A DNA stretch of 63,625 nucleotides, filler included, from Octopus bimaculoides (lineage: Eukaryota), in NCBI RefSeq assembly GCF_001194135.2. It is 7 parts of 5 records of this genome, joined end to end, with 100 filler letters (N's around TTAATTAATTAA, not from the genome) between each part and the next. Parts side by side here need not be neighbours in the genome. Positions count along the whole stretch, not along the records: positions 35,678 to 44,945 come from NC_068984.1; positions 45,046 to 52,748 come from NW_026318366.1; 5 more parts are not named here. The stretch is one strand, 5' to 3'. The notes beneath the pieces are model-generated. The model saw only the letters and a program-made list of their open reading frames with translations. It ran no database searches and was not told the DNA's origin. The position numbers and the translations under genes were made by a program. Shown piece after piece: positions 38,888 to 52,593 of the stretch (position 1 is its first letter; each line of letters begins with the position of its first letter).

Positions 38888-41800
38888 GTGTGCATGCGTA
38901 TGAGTGTATATATGTGTTCGGGTATGTGAGTGTGCGTTTAATCAAAGGATACCGTAAACTACAAGCTATCAAAAGAATTCACTGCAGACTAGGAGGGAAA
39001 TTGATAAAGAATTTTTGTTTTCTTTTTATATAAAACTGAATGCTACAAATAGATATTGTTTATCTCTTTATGGGAGGTCGTCAAACATTAAAACAACATT
39101 GTTAATTATTCCATTAAATAGCAAAGGAAGGTGGAGAGAGAGAGGTGAGACGGTTACCTAGCAATCAGAAAAACAATAACAACCACAACATGACAGTAGA
39201 AAGCGACACTTATTTGTAAAGTAAGAAAAGTCATTTCTAGAGTAATAAAGGAATAATAAACCTAACGTACATAAATATAACATTCAACTTCAGGAATGTC
39301 TGTTTCTTCTCTCACAAAAAAAAAAGAGAAGATTCGTGAAGATAATTTTTAAGATACACAAGTGCTCGTATCCAATTAACTTTCAATTCTCTTTTATTTT
39401 TGTTCATGTCTAATAATCTAAAATATTTACATTGTTTTTTTTATTCCTTCTAAATTATAACGTAATTTTTAGTATAATTTTAAATATTTTATTATTATAC
39501 ATCCTTTATTTAAAAATCAATATTATTTTTTTTACAAAGAGCGAACCATCTTATTATTTAAAAGAAACGTAGAACAGAGTTTCATTATTACTTTGCTGCA
39601 GAAAATAAGTGCCATGGCAAAATTTGAACTTACAGCCTAATTAGCGAAAATTATAAGTAATTGAATAAAAATAAATAAAAACCACACCACCTACGGAAGG
39701 TGATTTATTACTATTCTTGCAATTGCTTTTTCCTACACTACAAGGCAACACTGATAGTAATAACAGTGGAAGCTATTTTAATGCCTGATGATCTCTCATA
39801 AGGAATGAAATAATACATATTCATAGAATTCAATAATTTTAAAATGTTTTACACACACACACACACACGTATGGTCACTTTACATGCTTATATAAAATTA
39901 TATATATTTTTCATATTTATATGTAAAGATAAAAAATATAAATATATACCCCACAAAAGAGAATTATTTAACTTTTTGGTGTAATAAATATCAATTTATG
40001 GCTAATCAACCTTTCTTTTTATTGTGGGTAGATATATTCAACGTTCATAATTTGTTTTCTGTCCGTTTGTATAAAATAAATGAGCTCTACATGAAGATTC
40101 GAATAGAGTTCGTAGATTCCATTTACTTAGAGTTTATACCCGGTACTGGAGCACTTTTGAATGCATCTATACAGATGTATTCATACATAATAGTATATGC
40201 ATAAAGGTATGCGAACATAAACATGTACATACACGTGTGTATATATAAATGTGTATGGGCGTTTGCATACAAGGCGACAGTGTATGTTGTTGGCAATTAG
40301 TCTTGCTGCCATTCGAAAAGAGTACGCCATAAGCAGCAACCCAACCTCTGAAACCCTACTACTGATAAACTCTAATACCCAGTATGATATATAGTCTTTA
40401 ACGCATTTTCTTCATACCCGTCTCCCATATCTATATTTCTTTACCAACTTTCCTCTTCTCACTGTCAACACTTAGTATTTTCAGCTTCAGATTACTCTTT
40501 ATACACCATTTCAGGTTCGTGATATTTCCCATTCCCCCATCAGCTGTCATTGCTCGTTAGTAAGTAATTCTATACGCGGGTGGGTTTACACCCACAAAGG
40601 AATGAAAGAGAAAAATCCACCCTTAATTTGGGGGTAATATTTCTGTATTGAGATTTATGCTTTTACTCCTTGAATTTGTTTTCTTAGTATTTGGGGGAAC
40701 TTTTTATTTTCAAGGTTTTATTTCATTCTTTGGGTAACACTTTATATGCTGCCGTTCTGACTGCTTCACCTGATGTTTGTTAAGTACAAAGGGGATGAAA
40801 GAAGGGGGATGAAAGTAGAAGGATGAAAGTAGATATACTAGAAATAAATACTAGAGTATACTCGGGAATGAGAGAGAGGGAGGATGAGGGTGAACGAAAG
40901 AAAAGAAGGCTCATGCGTATATATGTGCGTTGGTATAACATTGATACATCGATTTTCTAATCATGCACAGATGTTCTATCTAAACAGCTAGCTAAGAGAT
41001 TAACATTCTGTCCTTTCATGAACGTGGTTTCACGCCCATGTACAATGCACACAGTTCCCAATATCCTAGCTCTCAAAGCAACTTCTGTGTACGAAATGAT
41101 ACTTATACAGTTGTTGTTAACATTGGTTAGACTTAAAAGAAAGAAGAAAAACAAACACAAAAAGATAAAGAAAGACCTATCTATTGCTAGTGGTAAATAA
41201 TGTCCCAATGTAGGCGAGATTCTTATTGTTTGTTTTATTTTATAACCTTAACAAGCTTCTTCGTTTAAGACCAGCTCCGCAACATTTTGGATTTATTATA
41301 CAAATTTCACACAACTGCAAATATTTGACCAGAAGATTGAGATAGTATACAAACAGAAAACAAAAACGCAGCTAACTTCACTTGCTCGTATATAACATTG
41401 ATTATTAACAAGTAGAGAGTACGAACATAACATTAATTATTGTAAGTACGGGCCACAAATGTATGCGTAATGCATTGTAGACACTGTTTTCTCAAATGAT
41501 ACATTACGCCATATTGTGTTTTTCTGTAGCCCTTATCTAACATAAATCACCAGAGAACAAACGATTTCAGTTGTGCTATACTTAGAAATAGACGTAATGT
41601 TAGAGGCAAGCCTCTTTCTTTTCTTTCCTTCACTAAATTTTCACCATCTCCCAAGCTCTAGTGCATCACATATTATTGTTTTAAAAGTTCAATAATGTAG
41701 TCGAATCTTTCCACAGTCGATAAAATAAAGTATACGTCAAGCTCTGGGATTAACCGACTATACCTTCGATGGCAGTATCGCGTATAGTTGTAACTCTGTG

Positions 41801-42774
41801 AGTGAAGCCAGTGAAAAAGAGAACTCTCACCCCCAACAGAAAAACACTAAATGTACACAAGAAGATTTAGGTATACAAGATAAATAGCTATTTACATAGA
41901 CAAGTTAAAATAGCCACATAGATAAACACATTAAAACGTGCGCAAATGTATTCAAGTATACATATGTGTGTGATTGTGAGTGTTAATAACAGGTACAATC
42001 CATCCAGTGGGTAGAGAGTTTACCTTCACATAATTTCACACACAAGATAACGATTGACCTAAGGCTATAAAAAAAATCACATTTGCGCAAGATAACATAT
42101 AGTGGAATCGAACCCGGGACTTTGTGGTTGCGAGGCAAACTACTAAACCATTCAGCTGTTCTCCGAATACAGACCAATACACATTAAACAATAATATAGA
42201 TATACATAAATATTTAAAACGTTATATAAACCACCTTAGTTCTCTGTCTGTCTGTCTCTGTGTCTCTCTCCACACACGCACGTACACACATACACACATA
42301 AACACACAGACGAATGGATCTACAGCTTGATGAGTGGAGAAACAGAAATGTGGACATGATGAATAGCCAATGACATCCTGTTAACTGTGGCATTTATACG
42401 GCATTAAGGCCATTTTAAAAAAAAAATACTTTTACTCTACTCAAGAAGGTCAACCGAATGAGGTAAATGCTAGAAGGGTAATACAGTACAGTGAGAAGAT
42501 TCAGTGAATGTTAAAAGGCAGATTCTTATCAAAGTGGTGAAATTCTTTATAAGTGGTCGTCTGATATTTTCAGGAAAATCGTGCTGATTTCTAACATAAG
42601 TGCGATGGTTTAACAGCGCTAAATTAAATGCCTAACAGTATTTTAATATCTGTTGATGTTTTGAGATTACATTCCACCAGAATTAGCATTGGCTTTTCTG
42701 GAATAAGTTAAAAATAACTTAGAAGATATCTATTGCGTTAACTCAATAATCCATATATAATATATCCGTTTTAC

Positions 42775-42915
42775 TATTAGCATAAGACCTGAAAATTTAG
42801 GGGAGGGTGTCGAGTCGATTAATACTTTTTCATCGACCCCGAGGAGATAGAAAGGCAAAGTCCTCCTCGGTGGAAGTTGAACTCAGAACATAAAGACAAC
42901 TGAAATGCAGCTATG
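42775..42915 (-). mobile_element. Family A SINE (degenerate)
   Basis: CATCGACCCCGAGG..AAAGGCAAAGTC..GAACTCAGAAC. Confidence 0.7.
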
Positions 42916-42938
42916 TGGGAGCGAAATGATGCTGTCTA

Positions 42939-43551
42939 CGAGGGAGAGTCAAAAATTATATGCACTCTTGTTTTTTCAATGTATTTTACACAAAAGTAGG
43001 GGATAAACAAGTACGTCATTTTTCTACTTCCTTTTCGATGCACTTGGTCCAGCGCTCCACAACCTTGTGTATTCTCTCCAAGAAGAAGATTTTGGTTGGT
43101 CGTGCAATCATTTAAGTACAGCTTCCTTCACATTTTCAGCTGTAGGAAATCGACGACCTCGTAAACCATCTTTAAGCGGTCCAAAGATATGATTGTCGGA
43201 AGGGACGAGATCTGGGTTCTAGGCAGGGTGTTCCAGCACCTCAAAACCCAATTGGTTAATGGTTTCAACGGCCGGGGCGGCCGTGTGTGTGCGTGCATTG
43301 TCATGCAACAACAAAACTTTCTCCGACAATAGGCTTCGGTGTTTGGTGCAAATTGCTGGTTTTAGTTTGTTGGTCAGCAAAGCACTGTATCTTGCACTGT
43401 TGATCGTACATCCCTTTTCCAGGTAGTCTTCCAGTATAGGCCTTTGTGAGTCCCCAAAATAGGTTAGCATCACCTTTCTCGCGGAAGACTGAGTCTTGAA
43501 TTTCTTCATCGCTGGTTAGCCAGGATATTTCCACTCCATAAATCAAATGTT
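42939..43551 (-). mobile_element. Mariner 3' half (DD34D catalytic region plus TIR)
   Basis: GKVMLT-like segment, LLHDNART, VLEHPA and SPDLVPSDYHIFGPLK motifs. TA|CGAGGGAGAGTCAAAAATTAT TIR. Confidence 0.9.
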
Positions 43552-43555
43552 TTAA

Positions 43556-43773
43556 CCCTCCTGGGATACCCAGGCCGATTGATCGATCCAAGTGATGCAA
43601 GCTGAAAGGACTTTGAGGCCAACCCATCGGCCCGATGGAACAAATGTTGAGAATGGTTGGTTTTGAAGTGTAATAACTAACCATAGTTTATCTATTAATA
43701 GATGTATGTCAATAGAAATACAAGTTTGGTCTTTTTGGCTACACATACCAAAACATCGTGTGTCTCAAAAGGG
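43556..43773. mobile_element. piggyBac-type MITE (218 bp) with TTAA TSD
   Basis: TTAA|CCCTCCTGGGATAC ... GTGTCTCAAAAGGG|TTAA. Confidence 0.75.
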
Positions 43774-44719
43774 TTAAACAAAATACAAGGTTAGAAGAAA
43801 CTATACATGTTTCATTGTTGTCTATAAACTCCAAGCATATTAAAGTTTTCAAAATAACCGTTAAAATCTCATGGACATTGTTACTATATACATACATAGA
43901 CATATTATAAGTACGGTCTTGGATTAGATATCACTGTGTGGCACTTTGGACAAATGTAATTTTTTTGTAACCACGAATCAACTCATAACTTTGGGACTGA
44001 AACTGGGAAGTGTACAGAAGCCAGCCGAATAGGTTGCTCAGGTAATTCAAATGGTACACTTTGTTACAGAAACTGAATCATGCTGATTCCGCGTGAAGAT
44101 TATGCAACGGTTACATGTCTCTGTGAAATTCTCAACCAGATAACGCTTTAATTCATGAGCAGGTAATTCAATGGAACGAACGACTGAATCGTTATCGTGG
44201 AGCGATGGAGATCTACCATGTCTATGTATCATATAAAAACAACCCACCACCACTAACAGAAACAAAGCCACAGAAAATCACAGCATGCATTACAATTTCA
44301 AGTAACAACAATAACGACAACTACGACCATCGGCACCACCAGTCACCGGAGAAATGATTAATATTAGCTCATGCGTCGCTTCAATAGGAAATGAAAAATA
44401 ACACTAGACAACAAAGACAAAAACATCACCAAAACAATGGCATGTCATACCAACACCCATTTTGTCTAAGGAGAAGGTCAAGTCAACAGGAAATAAAAGA
44501 CTAAATCAAACAATATAAGAGAAAGTAACAACAGGGGGAAAGAAATTGGGAAGTAATAAAGTATTAGGTGTGTATCATTTAAATTATGTACAAATATTTA
44601 TATACACACAAATACATACATATATCCGTGTGTGTATATATTACATACGTGTGTGGTGTGTATGTATGTATGTATGTGTATATATACTTACCATACAGCC
44701 ACTCCTGCATGTATATATA

Positions 44720-44780
<61 letters not shown>

Positions 44781-44890
44781 GTATATATATTTATGTATAT
44801 GTATACATATGTATATATATGCATATATGTATGTGTACATGTATATATATGTATACATATATGTGTATATATATATAGGTATACATTTGT

Positions 44891-44945
<55 letters not shown>

Positions 44946-45293
44946 NNNNNNNNNNNNNNNNNNNNNNNNNNNNNNNNNNNNNNNNNNNNTTAATTAATTA
45001 ANNNNNNNNNNNNNNNNNNNNNNNNNNNNNNNNNNNNNNNNNNNNTGATGATGATGATGATGATGATGGTGCTAAAGAAAACGATGATGTTTTCGAAAGA
45101 ACAGAAAAGAAAAAAAAAATCTTATACTGACGCAATCGCACAATCACACAGACCCACAAACAGCCAGACAGACTCAGAAATCCCCCGATACACTCACATT
45201 CCCTCATACTTTCTACACAAGGGATACCCCAACGGACGAAATCTTTCACAAATCTGTGATCGGTGGTCAAATTCTCTCTCAGCGCAACAACGG

Positions 45294-45445
<152 letters not shown>

Positions 45446-45915
45446 CCACCACCACTGCTGTTGTTCACGTAGTAGTAGTAGTAGTAGTATAACCTGCTGT
45501 TTTTTTCAGCTATTGCTTAGGTTTTGTAGACGCAGGAGGAGGCGGTAGAGGAGCTGAAGGGGAAGTGCAATGAGCGGTGATCGAGAGGTAACACGGTACA
45601 TGATACACCGTCCGAAATACGCACAGATATTGAAACACTCGCATAAACTCATCCATACACAAAGGGAGACACCCCTTCATACATACACACACACAGACAC
45701 AGAGTCGCAGACACAGAGACACACACATACATATATATGCATGCAATACCTGCTTGCCCTTAATTATCATATTCTCAGTAATACACACTTTGGACAGAAA
45801 GTGTTAGACTAGATAATGGTGAGTGAGGAAAATTAAAATGTAGTGTGAGAACCCATTACATATTTAGCAATAAATCGTCAATGAAGTAATATAAAAATAG
45901 TATTATTCAACTCAC

Positions 45916-45987
45916 AGTTCTGTTAAAGTGGGAAGATTTCGGAATGTTTCTAATTTGATTTCTTTGATATTATTACCACGCAAATTC
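45916..45987 (-). CDS. LRR exon 7: NLRGNNIKEIKLETFRNLPTLTE(L)
   Basis: ttatttatgacag acceptor, GTGAGT donor, 72 nt. Confidence 0.9.
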
Positions 45988-46981
45988 CTGTCATAAATAA
46001 TTGTGTGAAATAAAATTATAAGATGGCGATAATGAAGCAGAATTAAAACAAGTTGTAGAATTAACTGAACTGAAAGATAAATGAAAGGATTAAATGAAGA
46101 AAATTAAAGATGGGAAATAAATAGGTGCAGGAGAAAAGACAGAAAAGATGGAGATGATGATTAAGAAGAAGAAGACGGCGGAGGAGGGGGAGGAGGGGGA
46201 GTAGGGAGGAAATGCAAAAGAAAGAAGAGGGAGAAAAATAATAAGAAAAAATAAGGAGAAGGAGGAGTAGGAGAAAAGGGTGGAGTAACAGAAGCAAGAA
46301 GAGTATGAAAAAAAGAAGAAAAATAATATGCAAAAGCAAGAAAAGCGAAAAAAAAAAGGGAAGAAAAAAGACAAAATAGAACAAGGGAGTGTAGAAAATT
46401 AAGAAGACGAAATAGAAGCAGGAAAATAAGAAGAATAAGTTTAAGAAGGAGAATAGTAGTAGTGGAAGGAGGAATATTTGAAAGAAAGTAGAAAATGGAC
46501 AAGTCAAACGCGAGAAAGAGCGAGGAGGTGGAAAAGAAGTCTAAAATACATTCATATTAATAATGTACTCCTAAAATATGCAATTACTAGGGAGAGCCAT
46601 GGATGGTAAACAACGTTGTTCGAGATATAAACAAAGTAAATCATATACAGATAGAAACAGAAACACAAATAGATACACTCTTAGAGATTCGCTTATAAAA
46701 AAGATACACAGAGACACAGACAGAGACACACACACAGATATATATATATATATATATTCATGTACCTAAACAAAATGCTATACGTACCAATGCATTTATA
46801 TTCAGACACACTCACAGACACTCTTATTTACAGGCATTCACAAACAATCACAGATTTCTATCTGAGGAGATTGAGAATGTAAAGAGATGCAAGGTCGGTA
46901 CGCATTACAAAAAAGGGAAATATTTAATACTTAGTAATATATTCTCAATGAAATATTTTCAACAAGACTTAGCCAACTTAC

Positions 46982-47053
46982 AGATATCTTAAACTGGGAA
47001 GCTCATCAAAAGTTCCTACTTGGATTTTCTCGATTTTATTTTCATTCAAATGT
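46982..47053 (-). CDS. LRR exon 6: HLNENKIEKIQVGTFDELPSLRY(L)
   Basis: ctaacattttatattacag acceptor (with CTAAC branch motif), GTAAGT donor, 72 nt. Confidence 0.9.
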
Positions 47054-47790
47054 CTGTAATATAAAATGTTAGTTGATGAGGTTATCTAGAGAGGATTATT
47101 GTAAAATATTATCAGCAAATGTTTATAAAATATAATGTAAGACGACGAGAAGTGTTTTCTGATGAACTGTAAAATATTGTTAGAAANNNNNNNNNNNNNN
47201 NNNNNNNNNNNNNNNNNNNNNNNNNNNNNNNNNNNNNNNNNNNNNNNNNNNNNNNNNNNNNNNNNNNNNNNNNNNNNNNNNNNNNNNNNNNNNNNNNNNN
47301 NNNNNNNNNNNNNNNNNNNNNNNNNNNNNNNNNNNNNNNNNNNNNNNNNNNNNNNNNNNNNNNNNNNNNNNNNNNNNNNNNNNNNNNNNNNNNNNNNNNN
47401 NNNNNNNNNNNNNNNNNNNNNNNNNNNNNNNNNNNNNNNNNNNNNNNNNNNNNNNNNNNNNNNNNNNNNNNNNNNNNNNNNNNNNNNNNNNNNNNNNNNN
47501 NNNNNNNNNNNNNNNNNNNNNNNNNNNNNNNNNNNNNNNNNNNNNNNNNNNNNNNNNNNNNNNNNNNNNNNNNNNNNNNNNNNNNNNNNNNNNNNNNNNN
47601 NNNNNNNNNNNNNNNNNNNNNNNNNNNNNNNNNNNNNNNNNNNNNNNNNNNNNNNNNNNNNNNNNNNNNNNNNNNNNNNNNNNNNNNNNNNNNNNNNNNN
47701 NNNGAGGAAGATTAAAATGAAATATGGGGACTCATTACATATTTAGCTATATATCGTCATTGAAGTAATATAAAAAAATATTTAACTTAC

Positions 47791-47862
47791 AGTTTTGTCA
47801 ATTTAGATAGACTTCGGAATGCGTTTACTTTGATTTCTTTGAGATTATTATCACCCAAATTC
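47791..47862 (-). CDS. LRR exon 5: NLGDNNLKEIKVNAFRSLSKLTK(L)
   Basis: tttttgacag acceptor, GTAAGT donor, 72 nt. Confidence 0.9.
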
Positions 47863-48252
47863 CTGTCAAAAATAATTAAGTGGAATAGAATTTGTAAGGA
47901 GCTGATTCGTGATGAAAAAAGGAACAAACAGAATTGAGGAGAAACGTGATATGATAGAAATTAGATTGGAAAAAGTTTAAAATTTGAAAAAAAGAAGATG
48001 TAGTAAATGGAAGAGAAAAGGAGACCGAAAAAAAATCGTAGAAGGGTGGGTGGGGTTGGAGTAGAAGGAAACCAAAGAGAAGAAAGAGAAAAAACAAGGG
48101 GACAGAAGAAGATACACATCAACAGAAAGGAAGTAGATGAAGAAAAGAAAGAAAGGAAGAAAGAAGAAGAAAGAGTAAAGGAAGAACACAAACACCGAAA
48201 CAGTCATACCCAGCCACATAAATACACACACTCAAAGCGAACACATGAGATT

Positions 48253-48340
<88 letters not shown>

Positions 48341-49194
48341 AGAGAGAATCAAAGAGAGAGGTTCACAAACATAGGTTCAAGGTCTCAGGTCTGAGGCACA
48401 CACGAACATACATGCACGTGCATGTACAGTGATCCCCACTCAGAAACATTCACGAAGACACCAATGGCAAGAGAATAATAAGAAGGATTTGGGTAGAGAT
48501 TTAGAGAGAGATGGCCACGGAATATAGAAATAGAATTGATGGAATCTCATAAGAAAAGCAGATCAAGAAGGAAATGAAGGAGGAAAAAAGAAGAAGAAAA
48601 AGGACAACAGTAACAACCAGAAGAAATAGAAGAAGCACAGTCTATTCAGCTGTAGGTGTAAACACCGCACATGTTATACAGAACAAGTTACACAGACATT
48701 TTGATACACACGCACATGCACACAAAAACAGAGAAAGACACACACATATTTATATATATGCATACATACAAACATACATACAAACATACATACACACACA
48801 CACATATAGATATATGCATAAAGCCATTTGCTGTAATGTTTTCCGTTAATTGTCACACACTCATATATTTCATATCCAAGGAATAGGCCCTCAATTACAC
48901 TCACAGACATTAACAGACATTAACATACAAAAAGATACAGTTTCAATACGGACAGATTTTACAAATAGACAAGAACATACACAAGCATGCACTAAAGGAA
49001 TCCCCTAATCTATCACGCTCTTATGCATCTCAGATCTAATAAATGGGAACATACTCAGACATCCAGATTTTCAGACAATAAAGCACATCTTTGGAATAAC
49101 GAGTGAGGTAGCTTAAAATGAAGGACAGCAAGATATTAAAGATTTAGAAATATGTTGCAAATGAAATCGTTTCAAGAAGACTTATTCAACTTAC

Positions 49195-49248
49195 ACATAT
49201 TGTACACTGGAGAGATCTCGGAAGGTATCTTCTTTGATTTCTACGATG
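49195..49248 (-). CDS. LRR exon 4 (5' ~18 nt hidden in the N gap): IVEIKEDTFRDLSSVQY(V)
   Basis: GTAAGT donor at 49194, in register with the other LRR exons. Confidence 0.85.
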
Positions 49249-50328
49249 NNNNNNNNNNNNNNNNNNNNNNNNNNNNNNNNNNNNNNNNNNNNNNNNNNNN
49301 NNNNNNNNNNNNNNNNNNNNNNNNNNNNNNNNNNNNNNNNNNNNNNNNNNNNNNNNNNNNNNNNNNNNNNNNNNNNNNNNNNNNNNNNNNNNNNNNNNNN
49401 NNNNNNNNNNNNNNNNNNNNNNNNNNNNNNNNNNNNNNNNNNNNNNNNNNNNNNNNNNNNNNNNNNNNNNNNNNNNNNNNNNNNNNNNNNNNNNNNNNNN
49501 NNNNNNNNNNNNNNNNNNNNNNNNNNNNNNNNNNNNNNNNNNNNNNNNNNNNNNNNNNNNNNNNNNNNNNNNNNNNNNNNNNNNNNNNNNNNNNNNNNNN
49601 NNNNNNNNNNNNNNNNNNNNNNNNNNNNNNNNNNNNNNNNNNNNNNNNNNNNNNNNNNNNNNNNNNNNNNNNNNNNNNNNNNNNNNNNNNNNNNNNNNNN
49701 NNNNNNNNNNNNNNNNNNNNNNNNNNNNNNNNNNNNNNNNNNNNNNNNNNNNNNNNNNNNNNNNNNNNNNNNNNNNNNNNNNNNNNNNNNNNNNNNNNNN
49801 NNNNNNNNNNNNNNNNNNNNNNNNNNNNNNNNNNNNNNNNNNNNNNNNNNNNNNNNNNNNNNNNNNNNNNNNNNNNNNNNNNNNNNNNNNNNNNNNNNNN
49901 NNNNNNNNNNNNNNNNNNNNNNNNNNNNNNNNNNNNNNNNNNNNNNNNNNNNNNNNNNNNNNNNNNNNNNNNNNNNNGAGAATGAAAATGTCATCACATC
50001 ACATCACATCTTCATATATTTCAAATCCAAGGAACAAATCATCACTCATATTCATAGACATCAACATATAAAACATTCAATTTTGACAGAGACAAATTTT
50101 CGAAAAGCATGCACTAAATGATTTCCCTGAACTATCACGCACCCATACATCGCATGTCTAATAAATGGACACACTCCGATGCACACAGATCCACAAACAA
50201 TAATATTTCACAGATAAAAACATCATTGAAAAGAGTGGTGAGGGAATCTAAAATGAAGGATGTCAAGATATTACAGATTTAGAAATATATCTTTAATGAA
50301 ATCCTATAAAATGTCTTACTCAACTTAC

Positions 50329-50400
50329 AGATATATTAAACTGTAGAGATTCCGGAAGATGTCTTCTTTGAGTTCAACGATGTTATTAGAACCCAAGTAT
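50329..50400 (-). CDS. LRR exon 3: YLGSNNIVELKEDIFRNLYSLIY(L)
   Basis: ttttctgttccag acceptor, GTAAGT donor, 72 nt. Confidence 0.9.
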
Positions 50401-51027
50401 CTGGAACAGAAAACGGAGTCAATAAGAAATTGCATGGAACATATTTGTGACAAAATTTGCTTTCGATCATCAGAGAATGGAAGCGATGGAAAGTAGAATA
50501 TGATGATGATTAATTCCATAAAGTTCATGGCGCTGGTGATGATGTTCATGATGATGATGATAATTATGATGATGTGGAGGAGGCGGACCTGCAGTAGAAG
50601 GATGATGGTAGCGGTAGAGTTGATAGCGGATGTTTTGGCGGTGGTTGTGATGAATATGGAGAAGAGACAGTAGGGAAGAGTATATAGTAGATCTGTTAAT
50701 GACTATGATGTTATGGTTCTCAAGATGACGAACTCGAAGAAGTTTATCATTGAGGAAGGTGAGGAATAAAATGAGAAGTATGACGACGATGAGGACATGG
50801 ACCAGGACGTCGACAATTTTCTAAGCAGATCTGGTTTCGATTTACATTGAATAAGATTTAGACGAATAGAGAATCGAAAAGAGAAAGGAGAAACTATAAA
50901 AAAGCATGAGAAAAAGGAAGTGAAAAACAAAGAAAGGAGGAGGATGAGCAGAAGAAAAATGAAGCGGAAGAATTATAGAAGAAGAAGAACGAGAAAAAAG
51001 AAGAAGGAGAAGAAGGAGAAGAAGTAA

Positions 51028-51083
<56 letters not shown>

Positions 51084-51332
51084 AAGGAAGAAGAGCTTGA
51101 ATGGATAAGAACTATCGGGGTTGGGTGGAAAGGAAATGTTTTACATGCCAATATATATTCAGATTCGTACACAGATACATATTTACAGACACAATCAATC
51201 ACACATTTCTACCAAAAGACCGTGAGAATGTAGCGAGGGACAAGGACCTGGATCGAAAAAGAATGGGGAGATTTTAAAGATTTAGTAGAACATTATCTGT
51301 GAAATATTATCAACAAGCTTTATCCAACTCAC

Positions 51333-51404
51333 AGTGTTTGCAATTTGGTCAGGTCATGGAAGGCTGTTTCGTCAATTTTTTCGATACCATTATTGTGCAA
51401 ATAT
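51333..51404 (-). CDS. LRR exon 2: YLHNNGIEKIDETAFHDLTKLQT(L)
   Basis: ttttctgttacag acceptor, GTGAGT donor, 72 nt. Confidence 0.9.
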
Positions 51405-51622
51405 CTGTAACAGAAAATATTAATTGACAGGAGAAAGTATCGAAGAGTTGTATAACATAAAATGTTATCGTTAAACGAATATTTGGTGGAAGAAAAAGCA
51501 AAGTAGATAATGGTGATGGTAATAAGGAGGAGGAGTAAGAGTAGGATGGAGGTGGTGGTGCTGGTAATGATGAATATGGCGATGAGACGAAAGATAGGAG
51601 GTCGATGGTAATGTTGATGAAG

Positions 51623-51827
51623 ATAATCCTTTTTATTATAAGCACAAGACCTGAAATTTGGGGAAGGCAGGTAGACTATTACATCGACCCCAGTACTCAA
51701 ATGTTACGTCTCGAAAGGATGAAAGGTGAAGTCGAACTCGGTGGAAATTGAACTGAGAACGTAACGACGGGCAAAATACCGCTAAGCATTTCGCCTGGCG
51801 TGCTAAGGATGCTGCTTGCTCGCCGCT
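51623..51827 (-). mobile_element. Family A SINE inside an LRR-gene intron
   Basis: Head, core and tail present. Confidence 0.8.
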
Positions 51828-52521
51828 TTGATGAAGGTCATATTATTAATAGCGATTATGATGAAGGTGATATTTGTAATAGTGATGTTGATGAGGAGAA
51901 CTACGGTGATGCTGACGATGATTTTGATGATGATTGTGCTGCTGGTGACGTTTCTGTTGAAGATGATGATGTATAGATCGATAACGATAGTTTCGACGGT
52001 CATGTAGATTGTGCAAATGTTTGTGAGATTGATAATATTGATGATGAAACTGATCATGAAGAATTGAAAATATAAAACAATAGGTAGAAAGATTATGTGA
52101 AAGTCGAGGCAACGGAATAAAGTGAAGGAAGAGCTCGGATAAAATTTTAAAGGGTGTAGGAGAAAAAAGATGATGAAGAGACAGAAGAGATGGAGTGGGA
52201 TGCAGTAGAAGATAAAGAAAAAGAGAAACAGGCCCTCACTCACATTCACAGACATAAACATACAAAAAAAAACATTTTGGACAGATAGAGATTTTAGACA
52301 TAGAAACATATATATGCATGCACTAAATGATTCCGCTGAACTATCACGCCCTCATTCATCTCATAAATACACACACACACTTAGACATAGATTCACCAAC
52401 AAGAAGGCACATATTTGGAAAGACGGTGAGGTGGAGGGCTTAAAATGGAGGATGGTAACATATTACTGATTTAGAAATATATCGCCAATGAAATCCTATA
52501 AAAAAGACTTATTCAACTTAC

Positions 52522-52593
52522 AGATTTGTTAAACTGGACAGACTTCGGAAGGTGTCTGCTTTGATTTCTCTTATATTATTATCACTCAAGTAT
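52522..52593 (-). CDS. LRR exon 1: YLSDNNIREIKADTFRSLSSLTN(L)
   Basis: ttttatgttccag acceptor, GTAAGT donor, 72 nt, phase 2-2, typical LRR LxLxxNxIxxIxxxxFxxLxxL. Confidence 0.9.

Noticed and set aside
40957-41136. LTNVNNNCISII segment with LRR-like spacing
   Set aside because: No donor at +72 nt and the remainder does not fit the LRR consensus.
44047-44221. Phase-2 open segment (HGRSPSLHDNDSVVRSIELPAHELKRY...) as the next exon of the LRR gene, or a TIR-like tail
   Set aside because: No recognisable LRRCT, TIR or 7TM motif, and it is separated from the LRR block by an assembly linker.
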